This document shows, in pieces, positions 1 through 9,406 of a stretch of 64,000 bases of DNA. The stretch comes from an uncultured Anaerolineaceae bacterium (lineage in GTDB: Bacteria > Chloroflexota > Anaerolineae > Anaerolineales > Anaerolineaceae): positions 3,160-67,159 of the forward strand of contig CAYPBU010000002.1 in NCBI GenBank assembly GCA_964409045.1. The letters run 5' to 3'. Every line of letters begins with the position of its first letter. Within the stretch, counting starts at the first letter, position 1. Below the pieces are notes generated by a model. That model saw only the letters and a program-made list of their open reading frames with translations, made no database searches and was not told the DNA's origin. Both the position numbers and the translations under genes were made by a program.

Positions 1-472
1 ATGGGTTCTGGTGCGAAAAACATCCATCGGTTTGTTCATCGAAACGGTCGGAACCAATGCCAAGTCAGCTTATTACAGCGGCATCAACGAAAAGAATGTC
101 AAATTGTTTGCTTACATGTTCTGCGGTTTCTGCGGCGCGATTGCTGGTTTGATCCTCAGCTCCTACGTGCACAGCGCGGATGGAAACAATAACGGCTTGA
201 ACTACGAGCTGGATGCTATTCTGGCGGTCGTCATGGGTGGCACATTGATGACTGGTGGACGGTTCAGTTTGCTGGCCAGCACCATTGGTGCTGTGGTGAT
301 TTGGACTTTTACCGTTACAGTTTATCACCTGGGTGTGCCGGCAAATGCGCTGTTGGCAGCAAAAGCCATCCTGGTTCTCGTTGTCGTTCTGCTCTATTCC
401 GATTACATGCGCCGGTTTATCAATCGCATTACCCTGAGACGAAAAGGAGCCGAGCATGAAGCATCGAATTAG
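1..472 (+). CDS. Sugar ABC transporter permease (ribose/CUT2-type), 5'-truncated by window edge
   Basis: The frame is open from the window start. The sequence is TM-rich with 'ELDAILAVVMGGTLMTGGRFSL', typical of ribose-type permease C-termini. The stop TAG at 470-472 overlaps the next permease start. Confidence 0.8.
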   Translation, partial: WVLVRKTSIGLFIETVGTNAKSAYYSGINEKNVKLFAYMFCGFCGAIAGLILSSYVHSADGNNNGLNYELDAILAVVMGGTLMTGGRFSLLASTIGAVVIWTFTVTVYHLGVPANALLAAKAILVLVVVLLYSDYMRRFINRITLRRKGAEHEASN

Positions 473-1436
473 CCGCTTCTTGATACAGAATGGGAGTGTG
501 CTCTTACCATTGGCGGTTTTTCTTGCGGTATATATTATCGGTGGAAGATTGTATCCCACCATGCAGAAGCCGCAGGTCTTCTTCAATCTTTTCATTAATG
601 ATTCCAGCCTCTTGCTTGTCTCCATTGGCATGACACTTGTGATCCTGACGGGTGGGATCGACTTGTCGGTAGGTGGGGTTATTGCCCTTGTCACCTCGGC
701 TTCGGCGGTGATGCTGAGGTCGGGTGTGAGTGCGTACATCGTCATGCCGCTGATGATTCTCATCGGTGTTTCTTTGGGCAGTTTTTTGGGCTGGATCATC
801 CAGGACCTGAAAGTTCAACCCTTCATTGCCACCCTGATGGGGCTTTTCTTCGCCCGTGGCTTGGCATATATCATTAGTTTGACCTCTGTCCCGATCAAGG
901 ACGAAGTCTATAAAGCTATCGCCTTGACCCCCATTTACCTTCCCTTCCTGCCCAAAACGTATATCTATGCCACCACACTGGTTGGTCCGATTATGCTTCT
1001 GGTGGCAATCTACCTGACCCATTTCACAAGGTTTGGCCGCACTATCTATGCCATCGGCAGTAATGAACAATCGGCGACATTGATGGGTTTGCCGGTACGA
1101 CGTGTCAAAATAATGGTCTACGCTTTCAGCGGTTTTTGCTCTGCTTTGGCTGGTATCGTTTTCAGCATCTCGCTCTTGGCGGGATATGGGCAATTCGCCA
1201 CTGGCATGGAGCTTGACGCCATCGCGGCGGTCGTAATCGGCGGAACGGCATTAACCGGTGGGGTTGGCAATGTAATTGGCACCTTGTTTGGCGTGCTGAT
1301 CCATGGCACGACCGTTTCCATCCTCCAGTTCAATGGGACTTTAAGCTCCTGGTGGACTCGTATCGTTGTTGGCGTATTGACCCTGCTGGCCATTGGCGTG
1401 CAAAGTTTCTTCTACGTCAGGAAAAAGCGCTCTTAA
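456..1436 (+). CDS. Sugar ABC transporter permease (ribose/CUT2-type, YjfF-like)
   Basis: 326 aa and multi-TM, with 'LVILTGGIDLSVGGVIAL' and 'ELDAIAAVVIGGTALTGGVG' motifs. It overlaps the upstream permease gene. Confidence 0.85.
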   Translation: MKHRISRFLIQNGSVLLPLAVFLAVYIIGGRLYPTMQKPQVFFNLFINDSSLLLVSIGMTLVILTGGIDLSVGGVIALVTSASAVMLRSGVSAYIVMPLMILIGVSLGSFLGWIIQDLKVQPFIATLMGLFFARGLAYIISLTSVPIKDEVYKAIALTPIYLPFLPKTYIYATTLVGPIMLLVAIYLTHFTRFGRTIYAIGSNEQSATLMGLPVRRVKIMVYAFSGFCSALAGIVFSISLLAGYGQFATGMELDAIAAVVIGGTALTGGVGNVIGTLFGVLIHGTTVSILQFNGTLSSWWTRIVVGVLTLLAIGVQSFFYVRKKRS

Positions 1437-1481
1437 GAAACAGGTACTGGCCGATAGAACTGGAATAAATTGAGGTAGGTT

Positions 1482-2993
1482 ATGACCGAGACAGACAACA
1501 AAATCGTAAATATGGAAGGTATTAGTAAATCCTTCTTGAGCGTACAAGCGCTGGATAATGTCGATTTCTCCCTGGTGAAGGGGGAGATACACGCGCTGGT
1601 AGGTGAGAACGGCGCGGGAAAATCCACCCTTATCAAGATTCTTACGGGTGTCGAGCAGCCTGATGCTGGCACCATCAAGATCAACGGCCAGAAGGAGATC
1701 ATCCGCTCCACTGAAGTCGCCCAGGCACTCGGCATCAGCACGGTATACCAAGAGATTAACCTCTGTCCGCATTTAAGCGTTGCAGAAAACATCCTCATTG
1801 GGCGTGAACCGCATAAATTTGGTTTTATTGATAGAAAAGCCATGAACGCCGCAGCCACAGAAATTCTGCGCGGACTGGGCGTGGATATGGATGTAACCCT
1901 CCAGTTGGGGAACTGCTCCGTGGCCATTCAGCAAATGGCAGCCATTGCGCGGGCTTTGGAAATCTCGAACGCCAAGATCCTCGTGCTCGATGAACCGACC
2001 TCAAGCCTGGATGCCAACGAGACAGCGCAGCTTTTCAGAGTGATGCGCAGGCTTAAAGGTGAAGGTGTTTCTATCATTTTTATTACGCATTTCTTGAACC
2101 AGATCTACGAGGTTGCGGATCGGATCACGGTCTTGCGCAACGGTAAGCTGGTTGGCACTTACGATGTCAAATCGCTGTCGCGTCTTGATTTGATCACCAA
2201 AATGATCGGTCGCGCCCTGGTGGAGTATGACGAGATGGTGAATATCAAGAAGGAAAGCCGAAAATTCATCAAGAGTGAACCCTGGATGGAGGCAGAGAAA
2301 TTAGCCCGCGTAGGGTCGGTGGAACCGTTCGACCTGGAACTGCGCGAGGGGGAAGTCCTCGGGTTGGCAGGTTTGTTGGGGTCAGGGCGTACAGAGATCG
2401 CCCAACTACTATTTGGAATAAACACGCCCACGAACGGAGCATTGAGTATCGATGGCAATAAACTCGAAGATTTTGCTCCACTAAAATCCATCGGGCGTGG
2501 GATTGCGCTCTGCCCGGAGGACAGGAAAGAGACTGGCATTATTGGCGACCTGACAGTTCGTGAGAACATCATCCTGGCTATGCAGGCTGGCTTGGGATGG
2601 TTCAAGTTCCTTAAAAAACAGGAGCAATACGAAATTGCTGACAAGTACATCAAGTTGTTGAATATTGCCACGCCCTCTGCTGACCAACAGGTTAAGAACC
2701 TGAGCGGTGGTAATCAGCAAAAGGTCATATTAGCCCGATGGTTGGCAACTAATCCCCGGTTACTCATCCTGGATGAACCCACCAGGGGCATAGATGTGGG
2801 CGCAAAAGCGGAAATCCAAAAACTGGTTCTCTCCCTGGCAGAGGAAGGCAAGTCGTGTGTGTTCATTTCTTCTGAACTGGAGGAAGTGTTGCGGACCAGC
2901 CACAGGGTGGCTGTTATGCGTGAACACAAGATGGTAGCTGAATTCACAGATGAATCCGGCGACCAGATCATGCAGGCAATTGCAGGAAGTTGA
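1482..2993 (+). CDS. Sugar ABC transporter ATP-binding protein (duplicated ATPase domains)
   Basis: Walker A 'GENGAGKST' is present, a second domain carries the signature 'LSGGNQQKV', and Walker B is '[11 protein letters not shown]'. At 503 aa it is typical of CUT2 ATPases. Confidence 0.9.
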   Translation: MTETDNKIVNMEGISKSFLSVQALDNVDFSLVKGEIHALVGENGAGKSTLIKILTGVEQPDAGTIKINGQKEIIRSTEVAQALGISTVYQEINLCPHLSVAENILIGREPHKFGFIDRKAMNAAATEILRGLGVDMDVTLQLGNCSVAIQQMAAIARALEISNAKILVLDEPTSSLDANETAQLFRVMRRLKGEGVSIIFITHFLNQIYEVADRITVLRNGKLVGTYDVKSLSRLDLITKMIGRALVEYDEMVNIKKESRKFIKSEPWMEAEKLARVGSVEPFDLELREGEVLGLAGLLGSGRTEIAQLLFGINTPTNGALSIDGNKLEDFAPLKSIGRGIALCPEDRKETGIIGDLTVRENIILAMQAGLGWFKFLKKQEQYEIADKYIKLLNIATPSADQQVKNLSGGNQQKVILARWLATNPRLLILDEPTRGIDVGAKAEIQKLVLSLAEEGKSCVFISSELEEVLRTSHRVAVMREHKMVAEFTDESGDQIMQAIAGS

Positions 2994-3004
2994 TTGGGAA
3001 ATCG

Positions 3005-4609
3005 ATGGAAAGCATTCAGAAAATACAGCAGGGTCACGAGTGTGAGAAGTTGATTCTGGGGATCGAATTTGGATCCACCCGCATTAAAGCTGTACTGATT
3101 GATCAAAACCATCAACCTGTTGTTAGCGGCAGCCACGATTGGGAAAACCAGTACGTGAATGACTTCTGGACATATAGCCTGGAAGACATTTGGGGAGGTC
3201 TGCAGGATTGTTATTCAAAGCTGGCAGAAGCTTACCATCAGAAATTTCAACACCGACTGACGAATGTCTCCGCTATTGGTTTTAGCGCCATGATGCATGG
3301 ATATCTGCCATTTGGTAAGGACGGGGAGTTGCTGGTGCCTTTCCGTACCTGGCGCAACACCACGACAGGACAAGCCGCCGACCAACTGACGCATCGATTT
3401 CAATTCAATATTCCTCAAAGGTGGAGTATTGCCCACCTTTATCAGGCGATACTGAACGACGAACCCCACGTCAGCAAGATCAACCATTTGACAACACTGG
3501 CTGGTTATGTTCATTGGCAATTTACTGGAGAGAAAATCCTGGGCATTGGGGATGCTTCGGGTATGTTCCCTATCGATAGCGACAACCAAACCTATGACCG
3601 ACGAATGATTGACCTGTTCAATTCGAAAGTGGCGGAGAGAAACTACCCCTGGAAGCTCCAGGAGATTTTGCCCGAAGTTGCCATGGCAGGCACACCTGCC
3701 GGTTTTCTTTCGGATGAAGGCGCGAGATTGCTGGATCCCATTGGATTCTTACAAGCAGGTATCCCCCTCTGCCCGCCCGAAGGGGATGCCGGAACTGGCA
3801 TGGTTGCCACCAACAGCGTGGCTGAACTAACAGGCAACATTTCGGCTGGCACGTCGGTTTTTGCCATGATCGTCCTGGAAAAAGCAATTTCCAGAGTGTA
3901 CCCGGAGATTGATATCGTCTGCACACCTGCCGGTAAACCCGTGGCAATGGTTCACAGCAACAATTGCACTTCCGATATCAACGCCTGGGTGGAGTTGTTC
4001 CATGAATTCTCCCGCACCATTGGCCAGGAAGTCAGTCAATCCGAAATATTCGAGAGCCTATTCCAAAAAGCCCTGGAAGGTGATGCGGACTGCGGAAAAT
4101 TACTCTCATACAACTATTTTTCCGGTGAGCCAATCACGCGTCTGGAAGAAGGACGGCCTTTGTTTGTCCGCATGCCAGACAGCCGGTTTTCGTTAGCCAA
4201 CTTTATGCGGATGCACCTGTATTCAGCGATTGCCACACTACGGATTGGGATGGACATCCTCTTTGTTGATGAGCAGGTCAAAATCGGTCAACTGCTGGGT
4301 CACGGTGGCTTTTTCAAAACCAAAAATGTCGGTCAGAGCATCATGGCTGCGGCATTGAACGTTCCGATTTCTGTGATGGAGACGGCAGGTGAGGGCGGCG
4401 CATGGGGGATCGCTTTACTTGCATCCTACATGTCGCATAAGGACGGTGGCGAGTCGCTGCAGTCTTATCTCTCTACTAAAGTTTTTGCGGATGCACCCGG
4501 GTCGACGATCTATCCAGATCAGGAAAATGTTCTTGGGTTTGAAACCTTCATGGAACGCTACAAAGCAGGATTGATCATTGAAAAGACCGCAGTGAAATCC
4601 TTGGAGTGA
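3005..4609 (+). CDS. FGGY-family carbohydrate kinase, probable L-ribulokinase given the araA neighbour
   Basis: The N-terminal '[16 protein letters not shown]' is an ATPase phosphate-1 motif and the length (about 535 aa) fits. It lies directly upstream of araA. I prefer the ATG at 3005 over the TTG at 2990, which overlaps the upstream stop. Confidence 0.7.
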   Translation: MESIQKIQQGHECEKLILGIEFGSTRIKAVLIDQNHQPVVSGSHDWENQYVNDFWTYSLEDIWGGLQDCYSKLAEAYHQKFQHRLTNVSAIGFSAMMHGYLPFGKDGELLVPFRTWRNTTTGQAADQLTHRFQFNIPQRWSIAHLYQAILNDEPHVSKINHLTTLAGYVHWQFTGEKILGIGDASGMFPIDSDNQTYDRRMIDLFNSKVAERNYPWKLQEILPEVAMAGTPAGFLSDEGARLLDPIGFLQAGIPLCPPEGDAGTGMVATNSVAELTGNISAGTSVFAMIVLEKAISRVYPEIDIVCTPAGKPVAMVHSNNCTSDINAWVELFHEFSRTIGQEVSQSEIFESLFQKALEGDADCGKLLSYNYFSGEPITRLEEGRPLFVRMPDSRFSLANFMRMHLYSAIATLRIGMDILFVDEQVKIGQLLGHGGFFKTKNVGQSIMAAALNVPISVMETAGEGGAWGIALLASYMSHKDGGESLQSYLSTKVFADAPGSTIYPDQENVLGFETFMERYKAGLIIEKTAVKSLE

Positions 4610-4695
4610 TGTACAAGGATGGTCGTTTTGTCCGCGCAAGAAGGAATTTTGCTCCAGGACAACTGATATTGAGTAAGTGAACAAAGACGGAGGTA

Positions 4696-6177
4696 ATGAT
4701 GAAGAAAATTGAAGGGAATGAGGTCTGGTTTGTTGTGGGTTCGCAGCTCTTATACGGCCCCAAGGTTCTTGAGACTGTGGCAACGCGCGGCCAGGAAATG
4801 GCATCATTTATTGATTCAAAAGAAGACATTCCCTGTAAATTTGTCTATAAAGGCACAATCAAGTCGAACGAAGAAGTCACCGCGATCGTCAAACAAGCAA
4901 ATTACGATGATAACTGCGTCGGAATCGTTGCCTGGTGCCACACCTTCTCTCCGTCAAAGATGTGGATCAACGGGTTGAACCTGTTACAAAAACCCTATTG
5001 CCATTTTGCTACCCAATACAACCTCCAAATTCCTAATGAAGAAATCGATATGGATTTCATGAACCTCAATCAGGCTGCCCATGGTGACCGCGAGCACGGC
5101 TTCATCGGGGCGCGAATGCGTCTGCACAGGAAGGTCATCGTCGGGTACTGGAAGGATGAAAACGTCCTGAAAGAGTTGGGGGGATGGATGCGGGCCGCGA
5201 TTGGGTACAAAGTTAGCCAGAACCTTTCCGTTGTCCGCTTCGGGGACAATATGCGCGAGGTGGCAGTCACCGAAGGCGATAAGGTCGAAGCGCAAATCAA
5301 ATTAGGCTGGCAGGTCAACACATGGCCGGTTGGCGAGCTTGTTGCTGAGATCAGCAAAGTGACTGATGATGAAGTGCAGGCGAAAGTCAATGAATATATG
5401 GCAGAATTCCAACTCGACACGGATGATCTTCACGCCGTGACTTATCAGGCCAAGCAAGAAATAGCCATGGAGCGCATCCTGCAAAGGCAGCACGCGGATG
5501 CATACACCAACACCTTCGAAGATTTATGGGGATTGGAAGAGCTTCCAGGTATTGCGTCGCAGCACTTAATGTCCCGGGGTTATGGCTACGGAGCGGAGGG
5601 CGACTGGAAGACCTCCGCCATGGTCCACATCATAAAAGCAATGGCGCAGGGGCTCAAAGGCGGCAGCTCCTTCATGGAGGATTACACCTATCATTTTGAA
5701 GAGGACGACGGTTACTCGCTTGGTGCCCATATGCTCGAAATTTGCCCATCCATTGCAGCGTCGAAACCGCGCATTGAAGTTCATCCGCTTGGAATTGGCG
5801 GTAAAGAATCCCCAGCCCGCCTTGTGTTCGAGGGGCACGAGGGCAAAGCGGTTGTCATTTCTCTGATTGATATGGGAGGAAGGCTGCGGCTCATCGTGCA
5901 GGATATCGAGTGCGTCAAGCCGATCATGGAGATGCCCAACCTGCCCGTTGCCCGGGTGATGTGGAAAATCAAGCCGAACCTGCGGGAAGGGATCAAACAG
6001 TGGATCACAGCCGGCGGTGCCCACCATACCGTGTTGACCTATGATGTGACCCCGGAGATGCTTGAAGCCTGGGCTGAAATTATGGATATCGAGTTTGTTC
6101 ACCTCACTGAAAATACAACCAGCGAGGAATTAATCAAGGAACTCCGTGTCAACGACTTGCTCTGGAAATTGAAATAA
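4696..6177 (+). CDS. araA: L-arabinose isomerase
   Basis: 493 aa, with 'EVWFVVGSQLLYGPKVLETV' at the N-terminus and 'AHGDREHGFI', 'GYGYGAEGDWKT' and 'GAHMLE', all characteristic of AraA. Confidence 0.9.
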   Translation: MMKKIEGNEVWFVVGSQLLYGPKVLETVATRGQEMASFIDSKEDIPCKFVYKGTIKSNEEVTAIVKQANYDDNCVGIVAWCHTFSPSKMWINGLNLLQKPYCHFATQYNLQIPNEEIDMDFMNLNQAAHGDREHGFIGARMRLHRKVIVGYWKDENVLKELGGWMRAAIGYKVSQNLSVVRFGDNMREVAVTEGDKVEAQIKLGWQVNTWPVGELVAEISKVTDDEVQAKVNEYMAEFQLDTDDLHAVTYQAKQEIAMERILQRQHADAYTNTFEDLWGLEELPGIASQHLMSRGYGYGAEGDWKTSAMVHIIKAMAQGLKGGSSFMEDYTYHFEEDDGYSLGAHMLEICPSIAASKPRIEVHPLGIGGKESPARLVFEGHEGKAVVISLIDMGGRLRLIVQDIECVKPIMEMPNLPVARVMWKIKPNLREGIKQWITAGGAHHTVLTYDVTPEMLEAWAEIMDIEFVHLTENTTSEELIKELRVNDLLWKLK

Positions 6178-6271
6178 AGTGCTCGAGAAAACAAGAAAGC
6201 AAGTGCTGAGAGTTAACTTACTTTAGCAAAAATCGAACTGCTAAAGTTCGCCTAGATAAACATCTCCGATA

Positions 6272-6302
6272 TTGATAGTGTATATTACTATACTGTTATA
6301 AT
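6272..6302 (+). promoter_or_regulatory. Putative sigma70-type promoter for the island operon
   Basis: TTGATA (6272-6277) is followed by an extended -10 TGtTATAAT (6294-6302). The 19-nt spacer is longer than optimal. It sits about 55 nt upstream of the 6358 start, which has the RBS AGGAAAGGGG. Confidence 0.3.
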
Positions 6303-6357
6303 TGGATAAACAATATCGATATTTTGTCAATAGACTCTTTAGGAAAGGGGTCCTTGC

Positions 6358-8187
6358 ATGCCAAATCAGCCAACTCTTCAAGGGTTTCGGATAGATGGAA
6401 CATGGAACTTTGATAGAACATTGATTTGGGTAGGTGCTGGGATTTCTTATCCAACGCCAACTTGTTTGCCTTTAGGATCAGACCTTACCGCTTTTACACT
6501 AGAAGAAACTTGTGGGGCGTTAATTTCAAAAAAGATCCTTCGAGTTTGGGATAAAGTGACTAAAACTGCCCTTATTCGACAAGGAGTTGAACTTGGCCAG
6601 ATCCCGAGGTTAGAGGCAATTTTAGATGTTATCAGAAAATCTGAGATAAGTTTTTTACCTTCGACATATTCGTTTTTCTCAGGATTTCATGCTTTTGCTT
6701 TAGCGCCACCAAACTTCATTCATTACCATCTGGCAACCTTAATCAATGAAGGTGCAACTGTCATTACACCCAACTTTGATCTTTGTATAGAAAAAGCATG
6801 GGAATACTTGTTTGAATCCGCAACAATTACATCTACGACGGAATTTGGCTTAATTAGGAATTATCTGGGCAATAAATCCATGAACGGCCAAGTTTGGCAC
6901 TACCACGGTATTGGCACTGATCCTGATACGTTAGGTGCAACTGTCATGTCCATTAAAGCGGGATTCTCACAAGACCTAAAGAATCACTTGATTGAAAAAA
7001 TAAATAGATGTGAGACAGTCATTTTTATTGGTTACAGTTTTTCTGACGGTTTTGATGTCAATCCGTTTTTCCTCTCCTTGCCTGATAGTTTTTTTGATCA
7101 CACTAAGGCGATTTTTATAAAGCATGTCAATGGAGAGCAGTTATCAAAACTTTCTACTCCTATCAACGCTTTCGAATCTCAGTGGCATGATTTAAAAAGG
7201 ATTAAAAGAGTGTTGGCATGCTTCACAATTGTTGAATTTTACCAAGGTGATACTCGCAACTTTTTTGATGAAGCAAAAGTGGAAGAAGTCACTACTTTTG
7301 ATTGGAAAAATACCTTTAAATTGCAATCAAAATTATCGGATTTGAAAATAGTAAAACCATTGATGATTTGCTCATTGACAAATTACCTTGGTTTTAATGT
7401 AAACCTCATTCAGCCAAACATCACTAGAAGGGTAAGAGAAAATAGCCAACATTATGATAAAGTTTTCTTCATAGATCAATTGACACAAGCATTACGACGA
7501 CAAGGTCTTTCCGTTTTTGAGAAGAAGTATCATCTTGAAAAGGCCGGTGAACTTGGAAAGACTGACTTGTTAGGTTATTACTACTCACGTAGTAATTACT
7601 CAAAGGCCCAAGAGTATGCAGTTCCGCTAGAACTAGTGGAAGCCTCCATAAACAATTCCGAGCAGGAACTAAGTTGGGTTCAATTCACATCTCTAGCTTC
7701 ATATTGCCGTCCAATAGTAATGCACTACGTACAGTATTTTTTTGAGAGACATGTGAGCATAAAACATAAATCTATGATACGAGACTTACAAGTCATTCTT
7801 GGCAAAATTAACTCAAAATCTTTACAAAGTATCCTTAATGTAAACCAGTTAGGCACTTCATTACGCTTCCAATTTCTCTTTCACACCCTTGATAATAATG
7901 GAGATATTAGCAATGCTTTATTGAGGAGGGCAATTGACATTTATTCTGAGAATACCAGCATTCCAGGCTATATCAGCGTATTTCGTGACATAGCTATTAA
8001 CTACTTTCTGGCTGCAAAACTATTTGGACGGAAGGATTGTTTTTCCGACTCTTTTAAATATGCAAAGACATCCTTACTCATCGCACATGATGTTTTGGAT
8101 ATTCCAGGATTCCTCAGAGCTTTATCAGTGTTAATTTATATCGGGGTCGAGAAATTCCTTTCATTTGTATTAAGGAATAACGAATGA
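6358..8187 (+). CDS. SIR2-like (SIR2_2-type, predicted NAD+-consuming) protein with an uncharacterised helical C-terminal half
   Basis: The ordered motifs are 'VGAGIS' (res 25-30), 'VITPNFDLCIE' (N139/D141), 'VWHYHG' (H183) and 'VIFIGYSFSD' (res 221-230). This is the same arrangement as the defence-type SIR2 domains of ThsA and DSR2. Residues from about 290 to 609 are helix-rich with no motif I recognise. Codon usage is AT-rich. Confidence 0.7.
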   Translation: MPNQPTLQGFRIDGTWNFDRTLIWVGAGISYPTPTCLPLGSDLTAFTLEETCGALISKKILRVWDKVTKTALIRQGVELGQIPRLEAILDVIRKSEISFLPSTYSFFSGFHAFALAPPNFIHYHLATLINEGATVITPNFDLCIEKAWEYLFESATITSTTEFGLIRNYLGNKSMNGQVWHYHGIGTDPDTLGATVMSIKAGFSQDLKNHLIEKINRCETVIFIGYSFSDGFDVNPFFLSLPDSFFDHTKAIFIKHVNGEQLSKLSTPINAFESQWHDLKRIKRVLACFTIVEFYQGDTRNFFDEAKVEEVTTFDWKNTFKLQSKLSDLKIVKPLMICSLTNYLGFNVNLIQPNITRRVRENSQHYDKVFFIDQLTQALRRQGLSVFEKKYHLEKAGELGKTDLLGYYYSRSNYSKAQEYAVPLELVEASINNSEQELSWVQFTSLASYCRPIVMHYVQYFFERHVSIKHKSMIRDLQVILGKINSKSLQSILNVNQLGTSLRFQFLFHTLDNNGDISNALLRRAIDIYSENTSIPGYISVFRDIAINYFLAAKLFGRKDCFSDSFKYAKTSLLIAHDVLDIPGFLRALSVLIYIGVEKFLSFVLRNNE

Positions 8188-8708
8188 TCTTATTCCATGG
8201 CACTACAGCTGAAAGAGCCAAACGCATTTTCAAGGAAGGTTGCGTTAACAAGGATAGCGGCAAATTTTATACCCGACAAGAAAATGGGGATGGATACACA
8301 ACGGACGGCTTTATCTATCTATCAACTGAGTTGACTTTAGCAATATATTTCGCTAATTGTCACACCTTGGTGGATAAATCCACCTCGATTTTTATTTTCA
8401 AGTTTGACATCCCACTTAACTTAATCGAGCCTGACTTTGATGAACTGCGTCATCAAGGCGCGACCCGAATCTTAACTGATTATTACGGTGGGGAATTGGA
8501 ATGCAGTCTGCAAGAACATAAATGTTGCCGTGTCGCATTGAATATATGCTTTGGCTCATTTCAAAGTAGTTACATTGAGATTGAACTGCCTAAATCGCGA
8601 ATAAATGAAATTGTTGGATCCGTTGGACTAAATCTTAGTGATACATTGCGGTCCTATTCTGATTATCAAAAAGAATGGATGCAAAAAATTTCCTGGAATC
8701 AGTTATAA
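8184..8708 (+). CDS. Small protein with a minimal ADP-ribosyltransferase-like (Arr/DUF3990-like, H-Y-[E/D]) motif pattern
   Basis: The start overlaps the upstream stop (ATGA at 8184-8187). The motifs are 'MILFHGT' (H5), 'GFIYLSTELTLAIYFA' (Y45, Y55) and 'IFIFKFDIPLNLIEPDFDE' (E82/D84/D86). Their order and spacing mirror Arr ('FYHGT', 'IYFSALMEPAVWGA', 'IYIVEPTGPFEDDPN'). The fold call is inference only. Confidence 0.45.
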   Translation: MILFHGTTAERAKRIFKEGCVNKDSGKFYTRQENGDGYTTDGFIYLSTELTLAIYFANCHTLVDKSTSIFIFKFDIPLNLIEPDFDELRHQGATRILTDYYGGELECSLQEHKCCRVALNICFGSFQSSYIEIELPKSRINEIVGSVGLNLSDTLRSYSDYQKEWMQKISWNQL

Positions 8709-8821
8709 GTGATTTTTGGATATTAAGCAAAAACCTAATTGAAACATACCATTTTATAAGTAGTAATAAATCTTATAATGTTGAGTAAGAAAACGGTCTA
8801 CATATTGAGATAAGGAGAAAT

Positions 8822-9406
8822 TTGAAAATATTTATTATGGGATTAACAGCTTGTGGGAAGACAAGGCAAGCGAAAAACATAGCAGAACATTTTGGCTTGA
8901 CTTATATAGGTGGATCCCAGGTCTTATTGTCTAAATTAGGTTTTGAAGATAACTCAATAGATCATTTTTGGTTAGATACTATTGGTAATCAAATGAACAC
9001 TATTAGAGACGATTCGGATAATGACATACTCGTTGATAATTATCTTCTAAATAAAGCCACTAGAGAAGAAGATCTCGTTTTTGATTCATGGACAATTCCT
9101 TGGCTATATTCTGGGGCAGACGTAATAAGAGTCTATCTTCAACCAACCTTAGAATTCCGTGCAAAATTAGCATATGTCTCGAAAACTAATAAGTGTTTTA
9201 GTGTTGATGAACTAATGAGATTAATTACGATAAAAGACGAGGAAAGTAGGAAAAGGTTCCTAAATCTATACGGTTTCGATATATATGATACTAGTATTTT
9301 TGACATAGTATTTGATAATACCTTGCTCGAAAAACAAGAGACATCATCCATCTTGATCAAACGAATTTCTGAATTATTGAGTACCAACAATGTACAACCT
9401 AAGTAG
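8822..9406 (+). CDS. P-loop nucleotide kinase, cytidylate-kinase-2-like family
   Basis: A TTG start follows the RBS AAGGAG (8812-8817). Walker A is 'GLTACGKT' (res 7-14). 'VYLQPTLEFRAKLA' and 'EESRKRFLNLYGFDIYDTSIFDIVFDNT' resemble archaeal-type CMP kinases. Confidence 0.6.
   Translation: MKIFIMGLTACGKTRQAKNIAEHFGLTYIGGSQVLLSKLGFEDNSIDHFWLDTIGNQMNTIRDDSDNDILVDNYLLNKATREEDLVFDSWTIPWLYSGADVIRVYLQPTLEFRAKLAYVSKTNKCFSVDELMRLITIKDEESRKRFLNLYGFDIYDTSIFDIVFDNTLLEKQETSSILIKRISELLSTNNVQPK

Noticed and set aside
65-1193. Long minus-strand ORFs (65-799, 504-1193) overlapping the ABC permease genes
   Set aside because: They lie antisense to clearly recognisable permease genes. Their translations are low-complexity and Arg/Gln/His-rich with no motifs, so they are typical shadow ORFs.
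6220-6247. 9-bp hairpin (ACTTTAGCA/TGCTAAAGT) after araA as a rho-independent terminator
   Set aside because: No U-tract follows the stem. It may still pause or stabilise the transcript, but I cannot call it a terminator.
6358-8187. Calling the SIR2 protein a Thoeris ThsA or a DSR2 orthologue
   Set aside because: There is no SLOG-like C-terminus and no TIR (ThsB) gene nearby. The protein is much shorter than DSR1/DSR2. Only the SIR2 core motifs are shared.
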